DNA of 32,045 nt from a virus. Lineage: Duplodnaviria; Caudoviricetes. Positions 26,433 through 32,045 of this stretch are shown piece by piece. The notes under the pieces were generated by a model. The model was not told where the DNA came from. It saw nothing but the letters and a program-made list of their open reading frames with translations, and did not search any database. Position 1 is the stretch's first letter. The number at the start of each line of letters is the position of its first letter. The position numbers and the translations under genes were made by a program. Location: IMG/VR virus record IMGVR_UViG_3300012808_000031, positions 1-32,045 of that record; one strand, given 5' to 3'.

Positions 26433-26576
26433 TTAGGATGGAGAGTGGAGAATTTCGACCACGATAGCGGCAGCGCCGACGCACAGGACGAGACCCATCC
26501 ACCTCTGATCACTGGTGACAGCCATGGTCAGACAGGCGCCGAACCCGCTCCACAGCAACGGCAAAAGTCTGCTCAT
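26433..26576 (-). CDS. Small hydrophobic protein
   Basis: ATGA-coupled to the upstream gene; two short hydrophobic segments. Confidence 0.5.
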   Translation of the reverse strand: MSRLLPLLWSGFGACLTMAVTSDQRWMGLVLCVGAAAIVVEILHSPS

Positions 26577-26818
26577 CCTTCTTCCCTCTCTGTCTGGGAT
26601 GGGGTGGGTGGTACCCAAACGAACGGTATCGAGAAGCCGTGAGGGTCGATCTCAGCGTATCGGCAGGTCTGCATGCTATAGCTGCTGCCGTTTCCGAACA
26701 GGTCCATAGCGAGGACCCAATTTGGCGTCTTCGCCAGCCTCCGAGGCATCAGGCGACGCACGTTGTTCATGATCTGCCGGTAGCGTTCCGGCGAAAGGAT
26801 CGGTTGCCACTCGCTCAT
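26573..26818 (-). CDS. Hypothetical phage protein
   Basis: MSEWQPI start; ATGA-coupled on both sides. Confidence 0.6.
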   Translation of the reverse strand: MSEWQPILSPERYRQIMNNVRRLMPRRLAKTPNWVLAMDLFGNGSSYSMQTCRYAEIDPHGFSIPFVWVPPTPSQTEREEG

Positions 26819-27003
26819 TCTCCCTGCCCCTTTGCTTTCCTGTCTGGTTCGTCGGTCGGCGGCTTCTCCGCCAAGATTGATGCTGCTTTCGTCCACCAGT
26901 TGCAGGCATCCTGATAGCTCGATGGCTTCCACCATCTGCGCATTGCTTCCAGAAGCCGGGAGCGCCAGGAGCGGAGCCATTCTAGTTCTTCGGCTTCGGT
27001 CAT
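26815..27003 (-). CDS. Hypothetical 62-aa Trp-rich protein
   Basis: ATGA-coupled on both sides. Confidence 0.55.
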   Translation of the reverse strand: MTEAEELEWLRSWRSRLLEAMRRWWKPSSYQDACNWWTKAASILAEKPPTDEPDRKAKGQGE

Positions 27004-27857
27004 GCTGCGGCCCTCGCCTGTTCGGTTGCGGCCCGGCGAATGGTCGCCAACTCATCGGCGCTGATGTTGATATTGCCAGCCTTGGACAGCAGGACGTTTC
27101 CGCCCTTGGCTGCCATGACCATTTGGAAATCAGGATCATCTGGACGGATCACCACGACATCCACGGATGGTTGAGGCGCGGCCTCGGCCTTCCAAAGCCC
27201 CTCTCGGAGCCATGCGTCCATGCCCTTCACAAAACTGGCGTGGGAAGTCTGATCACGACCCCGGCGCTGCATGTCCTCGGCCATTTGGACCCGGTACGCC
27301 CGGGCAGCGATGATGCACTGGCGCTGTTCTGCCGGGGTTAGCCTGCCATGAAGCCGTTTTGCTTTGGACGTGATGGTGTGGCTGGATTTCGGATAGTCCT
27401 CTTCCAATTCTTCGAAGCCCGCGCCGCCCCCTTGGGGGCTATGGGGGGATTCTTCTCTGGTTATGGTATCTGGAAGATGCTGTGACAAAGGAGTGGCATT
27501 TGCTGCCTGCGCCTTGTTATCTTTCAGTGCTTTAGCAGCGCCACCCTTCGCCCCAGCGGCGGCCCTCGAATTGCTTTTCCCCTCGCTTTTCCGTAGCTCC
27601 TTGGTCAGGCGATTGTGCCAGATGTGGTCAGCATCCCCGTCAAAAAAGGCCATGAGATCAGCGCTGATCGACTTCCATTTCTTGGTCGACATGCGGACGA
27701 CGCGAGCCAGCTTCTGGTCATCTGCAGGCAGCTTCCCGCTTGCGTTCCACATCGCCATTAGCAGAAGCATGTAGGCACCGATCTGCTCGGTGCTTAGATG
27801 CAGCGTGTCGCCAATGAAGTCGGACACATAGAGCTGCATGAATGGCCGCTCGCTCAT
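27000..27857 (-). CDS. DUF1376 (YdaU-like) replication initiator
   Basis: [27 protein letters not shown]...LP.D..KLAR. Confidence 0.88.
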   Translation of the reverse strand: MSERPFMQLYVSDFIGDTLHLSTEQIGAYMLLLMAMWNASGKLPADDQKLARVVRMSTKKWKSISADLMAFFDGDADHIWHNRLTKELRKSEGKSNSRAAAGAKGGAAKALKDNKAQAANATPLSQHLPDTITREESPHSPQGGGAGFEELEEDYPKSSHTITSKAKRLHGRLTPAEQRQCIIAARAYRVQMAEDMQRRGRDQTSHASFVKGMDAWLREGLWKAEAAPQPSVDVVVIRPDDPDFQMVMAAKGGNVLLSKAGNINISADELATIRRAATEQARAAA

Positions 27858-28378
27858 GATGCTATCCTTTCCGGCAGATAGTCAGCCTTCGCCAGATTGC
27901 CGAACTTGGTCAGGCTGGCATCGAAATGGACCTGCACCGTGCCTGTGGCTCCGTGGCGCTGCTTGCCAATGATGATCTCGGCCCTGCCCTCTACCGAACG
28001 CATTTCCTCCTGCCATTTCAGGTGCTCTGGGGTGCCTTCCTTGGGCTCTTTGTTCTTGAGGTAGTATTCGTCTCGATAGACGAACATCACCACGTCCGCG
28101 TCCTGCTCAATGGAGCCGCTTTCGCGCAGATCGGACAGTTGCGGGCGCTTGTCCTCGCGGGACTCGACGCCACGCGAAAGCTGCGACAAGGCAATAACCG
28201 GAACCTCAAGCTCTTTGGCCATCGCCTTGAGCGTGGTGGTGATTTCCGTCAGCTCATTGACGCGGTTGTCTGTCGATCGGCGCGATCCGCGCAGAAGCTG
28301 CAGATAGTCCACCACGACCACATCAAGGCCCTTGGTGCGCTTTATGGGCCTCGACTTGAGCGAGGTGGAATTGATCAC
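27854..28378 (-). pseudogene. dnaB: C-terminal fragment of a DnaB-like replicative helicase
   Basis: [29 protein letters not shown] and KQRHG motifs present; only 174 aa, with no N-domain or Walker A. Confidence 0.88.
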
Positions 28379-28414
28379 TCGCCTTGCTCTATCTCAGGGA
28401 GGCGGGGAATGACC

Positions 28415-28648
28415 TCAGTTCAGCTTTCCCCTCACAGCATCGGCCATGGCGCCCCATCCTTCGGCAAGCCGATAGACCTTCTCGGCTTTGGCCGGGTGAT
28501 CGACGGCGATCTGCTCGAGCAGCGCGATTTCCTCCGCCATGATCTGAAGGTCAGCAATAGGCCACTGCCCTGCCCTGGTCATATCGGCGTATCGGTGGAG
28601 GGTTTGTCGGGAAAGGATAATGCGCTGATCGGCTTCGGCTGGGGTCAT
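28415..28648 (-). CDS. Hypothetical 77-aa helical protein
   Basis: MTPAEADQRIILSRQ...; the longer ORF in the track overlaps the excisionase-like gene. Confidence 0.5.
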   Translation of the reverse strand: MTPAEADQRIILSRQTLHRYADMTRAGQWPIADLQIMAEEIALLEQIAVDHPAKAEKVYRLAEGWGAMADAVRGKLN

Positions 28649-28658
28649 GGAGGCTATA

Positions 28659-28871
28659 ATGACTAAGCCAGCGGTATTCACGCAAGGCGATATCTCCAAG
28701 CTGCTCAAGGGTGCAAAAGCCGCCGGAATGGACGTTCGGCGTGTGGTAATCGACAGGTCCGGACGCATCGTTGCGGATTTCGGCCATCCGGTGGAAGATG
28801 CCACCGAGGCAAATGAATGGGACGTGGTGTTCAATGCCCAAGAAAAGCGGACTGCCAAAGGGCGTCACTGA
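28659..28871 (+). CDS. Putative excisionase / integrase-coupled small protein
   Basis: GGAGG RBS; FTQGDI..LLKGA.AAG...NEWD pattern; overlaps the integrase start. Confidence 0.65.
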   Translation: MTKPAVFTQGDISKLLKGAKAAGMDVRRVVIDRSGRIVADFGHPVEDATEANEWDVVFNAQEKRTAKGRH

Positions 28872-29886
28872 GTTTCAGGACCGGCACGGCAAATGGCACC
28901 TTCGCTATAGGGCCAAGGGCAAGGTCACATATTATTTTAAGACCCGACCAGGGCAGGACGGTTGGCGCGAGGAATACGAACAAGCGCGAAGCGGTGAAGC
29001 CGCGCCCAAGATCCGCACCAGCATGCGGACGAAGCCGGGCACCATGTCAGCGCTGATCGCCGTCTATTATGGGACGCCTGAGTTTACTGGCTTGGCCGCC
29101 AGCTCGCAGAAGACTTATCGGAACATGCTGGAGCGATTTCGCGAGGCCCATGGCGACAAACAGGTTTCGACCCTCACTCGCGCGCACATTAAGGCCATCA
29201 TTGGTGCGATGCACGAAACACCGGCGGCCGCCAATAATCTGCTCGATAGGCTCCGCATTCTTATGAAGCTAGCCATGGACGACGAATGGCGCCCAGACGA
29301 TCCGACACACCGCATTCGAGGCTTCAAGCTGTCGGGTGACGGATTTCATACATGGAGCGAGGAAAACATCGCAAAGTTCTGCGACTACTATCCAATCGGA
29401 ACCAGCGCCCGGCTTGCCATGGGCTTAATGCTCTACACCGGCCAACGGCGCTCCGACATGGTTAAAATGGGCTGGCAGCACCTTTCGGGTGATCGAATGA
29501 GGGTTCACCAACTGAAGACCGACGAGTTGCTATCAATCCCGGTTCACCCCGAGCTTGCAGCCATACTGAGTAAAGCGGCGCGAACAGACTTGCCGATTCT
29601 GCTGACGCATTTCGGGAAGCCTTTCACGGCTAATGGATTTGGGAATAGGATGAGGAAGTGGTGCACGGCGGCAGGGTTGCCAGAATGCACGTCTCACGGC
29701 CTCCGAAAGGCCGCTGCCCGGCGCATGGCCGAAGCAGGATGTACCAACAAGGAAATCATGGCCATTACCGGCCACAAGACCGACCGAGAGGTCACGCGAT
29801 ACACCAAAGCAGCCGATCAGATTCGACTTGCGGACAGAGCCATGGAAGCCCTTGGAAGATCAGAGGAAGAACGCAAAAAAGGCTAA
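28834..29886 (+). CDS. int: Tyrosine recombinase / phage integrase
   Basis: Catalytic set TGQRRSD (R), QLKT (K), HGLRK, TGH, RYT; N-terminal DRHGK...YR arm-binding-like domain. Confidence 0.95.
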   Translation: MPKKSGLPKGVTEFQDRHGKWHLRYRAKGKVTYYFKTRPGQDGWREEYEQARSGEAAPKIRTSMRTKPGTMSALIAVYYGTPEFTGLAASSQKTYRNMLERFREAHGDKQVSTLTRAHIKAIIGAMHETPAAANNLLDRLRILMKLAMDDEWRPDDPTHRIRGFKLSGDGFHTWSEENIAKFCDYYPIGTSARLAMGLMLYTGQRRSDMVKMGWQHLSGDRMRVHQLKTDELLSIPVHPELAAILSKAARTDLPILLTHFGKPFTANGFGNRMRKWCTAAGLPECTSHGLRKAAARRMAEAGCTNKEIMAITGHKTDREVTRYTKAADQIRLADRAMEALGRSEEERKKG

Positions 29887-29903
29887 CCAAAAATGAGTTA
29901 GCC
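29881..29903. repeat. Inverted repeat between integrase and tRNA (possible att arm site)
   Basis: GGCTAAC-N9-GTTAGCC. Confidence 0.45.
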
Positions 29904-29949
29904 AAATCAGGGGGAAAAGCGCAACAATATCAACGGTGCTTTTACCGGG

Positions 29950-30037
29950 TGGCGGAAGGGGTGGGATTCGAACCCACGGATGCTTGCACATCGGCGGTTT
30001 TCAAGACCGCTGCAATCGACCACTCTGCCACCCTTCC
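29950..30037 (-). tRNA. tRNA-Ser (anticodon TGA), probable integration site
   Basis: 88 nt; acceptor stem GGAAGGG/CCCTTCC, anticodon loop CTTGAAA, long variable arm, GGTTCGAATCC, encoded CCA. Confidence 0.97.
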
Positions 30038-30120
30038 GTCTGCAGAGCGTTTAGCGGGGGCTGATCGGACTGTCCAGCCCCACGCTTGAGCATTGTCGCA
30101 CCTATGATGCGATCTATGAT

Positions 30121-31092
30121 TTAGGGAACCAGAACCACCGACCCGGTGGTACCCCGTCCTTCCAGTGCGTTATGCGCGTCGGCGACATCGGCCAGCGCAA
30201 AGGTCTGACCAATTTCGACCTTGATGGACCCAACCAAAACAGCGTCGAACAAAGCCTTAGCGCCTTCAAGCAAATCCTCGCGCCTCGCGAAATAGTGCGC
30301 TCCAGTAGGCCGCGTTACATAAAGCGAGCCCTTGCGCGCCAGTATCCCGAGATCAGGCACACTGACCACACCGGACGCGTTGCCGAAGCTGGCGAGCAAT
30401 CCACGCGGCCTCAGACAATCGAGCGACCCTTCAAAGGTCGCCTTGCCCACCCCGTCATAGACCACATCGACACCCCTGCCCCCGGTAATCTCCTTCACCC
30501 TGGCGGCAAAGTCCTCTTCCTTGTAGTCGATCCCATGGTGACAACCATGCGCGAGCGCCAGCTTCACCTTATCCGGCCCGCCAGCGGTCCCGATCACCGT
30601 CGCGCCCAGCGCCCGCGCCCATTGCGTTGCAATAAGCCCGGTACCACCCGCCGCCGCATGCCAGAGGATCGTTTCGCCCTTCTGAACCGGCCAGGTTTTG
30701 AACAGAAGGTAATACGCTGTCAGCCCCTTGAGCAGGATAGCCGCCGCTGTCTGGTCATCGACACCATCAGGAATAGGCACCAGCTTGACTGCCGGAACAA
30801 TCCGCTCGTCAGCATAGGCGCCAGCAACACCCTGATAGCAGACGCGGTCGCCGACCTTGACCTCGTCGACGCCCTCGCCAATAGCTTCGACCACGCCAGC
30901 CGCTTCATTGCCCGCCACAAAGGGCAGGTTCATCGGATAAAGCCCGGAGCGCTGATAGGTGTCGATGAAATTAAGACCAATCGCCGTCTGCCGGATACGC
31001 ACCTCGCCGGGGCCAGGTGCTGCGATGGGCCAGTCCTCTTGGCTGAGGACGTCCGGCCCTCCGGTCTCATTGACGGCGATAACTCTGGTCAT
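30121..31092 (-). CDS. qor: NADPH:quinone oxidoreductase (zeta-crystallin/MDR family), host gene
   Basis: GLNFIDTYQRSGLY, HAAAGGTG, VVYDGVGK, KGSLYVTRP. Confidence 0.93.
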   Translation of the reverse strand: MTRVIAVNETGGPDVLSQEDWPIAAPGPGEVRIRQTAIGLNFIDTYQRSGLYPMNLPFVAGNEAAGVVEAIGEGVDEVKVGDRVCYQGVAGAYADERIVPAVKLVPIPDGVDDQTAAAILLKGLTAYYLLFKTWPVQKGETILWHAAAGGTGLIATQWARALGATVIGTAGGPDKVKLALAHGCHHGIDYKEEDFAARVKEITGGRGVDVVYDGVGKATFEGSLDCLRPRGLLASFGNASGVVSVPDLGILARKGSLYVTRPTGAHYFARREDLLEGAKALFDAVLVGSIKVEIGQTFALADVADAHNALEGRGTTGSVVLVP

Positions 31093-32045
31093 TTGGGTCC
31101 TTTCGGTTTGCGTGGCGCAGATTTGGGCCGCGATTGCGCCGAACTAGGCTTCGCGCGGGGCTTTGCAGCAGGCGCAGCCGGATGAGCGGCTGCTCTGGTT
31201 GCGCTCACCGCAGCACCGCCCATAGCCGCAAGCGCAGCATCGGTGGATACAGCGCCGGTGTCACCCGTAAACGGCGTAAACTCCGCTTTGCCCACAGGCT
31301 TGCCATCACGCTTCTGCTTGCGCTGCCGCACCACAATATTGAAGGCTTCAACCAGCACGGAAAAGGCCATTGCAGAATAGATGTAGCCCTTTTCGATATG
31401 GAAGCCCGTACCTTCGGCCACCAGCGTCGTGCCGATCAGCAACAGGAAGGCCAGCGCCAGAATTTTCGTCGTTGGATGGGCCGCGACGAACCGGGCAATC
31501 GGACCGGACGCGATGAACATGACCGCAACGGCGATCAACACAGCAGCCACCATCACGCCGACGCGCACCGGATAATCCAGTGTGGCGGGCACCATGCCAA
31601 CGGCGGTGATGATCGAGTCAATGGAAAACACCATGTCAATGACCACGATCTGGATCAGAATGGCCTGCAGCGTGGCGCTGACCTTGTTGTCGACCTTGGT
31701 CTCATGCGGTTCCTCGATGGCCGCATGCATTTCATGCGTCGCCTTATAGATAAGGAAAGCGCCACCAGCGACGAGGATGATGTCCTTCCACGAGAAGCCC
31801 CGCTCGAACAGCGTGAAAACCGGCTGATCGAGCTGCACAATGACCGAAATCAGAAGCAGCAGGATGATGCGGAAAACCAGCGCCAGTCCGATGCCGAGCT
31901 TGCGGGCAAATTCGGCCTGTTCGCGCGGCAACCGCGAAACCAGAACCGAAATAAAGACGATATTGTCGATGCCAAGCACGATTTCCATGACCGTCAAGGT
32001 CAGGAACGCCGCCCACACTGCGGGGTCGGCCAGAAACTCAAACAT
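31089..32045 (-). CDS. TerC-family membrane protein, host gene
   Basis: MEIVLGIDNIVFI, DMVFSIDSIITAVG, KGYIYSAMAFS. Confidence 0.93.
   Translation of the reverse strand: MFEFLADPAVWAAFLTLTVMEIVLGIDNIVFISVLVSRLPREQAEFARKLGIGLALVFRIILLLLISVIVQLDQPVFTLFERGFSWKDIILVAGGAFLIYKATHEMHAAIEEPHETKVDNKVSATLQAILIQIVVIDMVFSIDSIITAVGMVPATLDYPVRVGVMVAAVLIAVAVMFIASGPIARFVAAHPTTKILALAFLLLIGTTLVAEGTGFHIEKGYIYSAMAFSVLVEAFNIVVRQRKQKRDGKPVGKAEFTPFTGDTGAVSTDAALAAMGGAAVSATRAAAHPAAPAAKPRAKPSSAQSRPKSAPRKPKGPK

Larger units (their letters stand above)
1..29949. mobile_element. Defective or mosaic siphovirus-like prophage integrated at tRNA-Ser; left end lies outside the window
   Basis: Tyrosine integrase abuts the tRNA 3' end; replication, terminase, portal, connector and tail genes follow in lambdoid order on the - strand. 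Confidence 0.93.

Noticed and set aside
1-29949. Gene transfer agent (RcGTA-like) interpretation
   Set aside because: Integrase at a tRNA, replication genes, many morons, a long tape measure and no capsid gene do not fit an RcGTA-type cluster
29950-30000. Second att copy (duplicated tRNA 3' end)
   Set aside because: Not found by eye in this window; expected beyond the left edge, so the prophage boundary and any lysis genes cannot be assessed
30172-31185. 337-aa + strand ORF
   Set aside because: Antisense shadow of the quinone oxidoreductase gene

Overview
Most of the window (1 to about 29,950) is a siphovirus-type prophage of a GC-rich, probably alphaproteobacterial (Rhizobiales-like) host. 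It is integrated next to the 3' end of a tRNA-Ser(TGA) gene, followed by two host genes (quinone oxidoreductase, TerC family). Read right to left on the - strand, it carries integrase and a putative excisionase (both on +), a truncated DnaB, a DUF1376 replication protein, a putative late regulator, a metallopeptidase, TerS, TerL, a DUF4055 portal, head-tail connector genes, tail tube, a frameshifted tail-chaperone pair, tape measure, a Dit-like gene and a hub protein ending in a gp38-like polyglycine domain that runs off the left edge. Most notably, I see no major capsid or scaffold gene and no CI/Cro immunity region, although the packaging and tail genes look intact. The capsid slot (about 15.3-19.6 kb) instead holds conflict/accessory genes: DUF4238, a possible nucleotide-signal sponge, a Panacea toxin-antitoxin pair, a lipoprotein and a HEPN-like fragment. 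Part of this block is bounded by diverged remnants of sequences that flank the tail-region accessory slot (5.2-9.3 kb), suggesting a chimera of two related prophages. All family assignments come from motif recognition by eye; no database searches were run.
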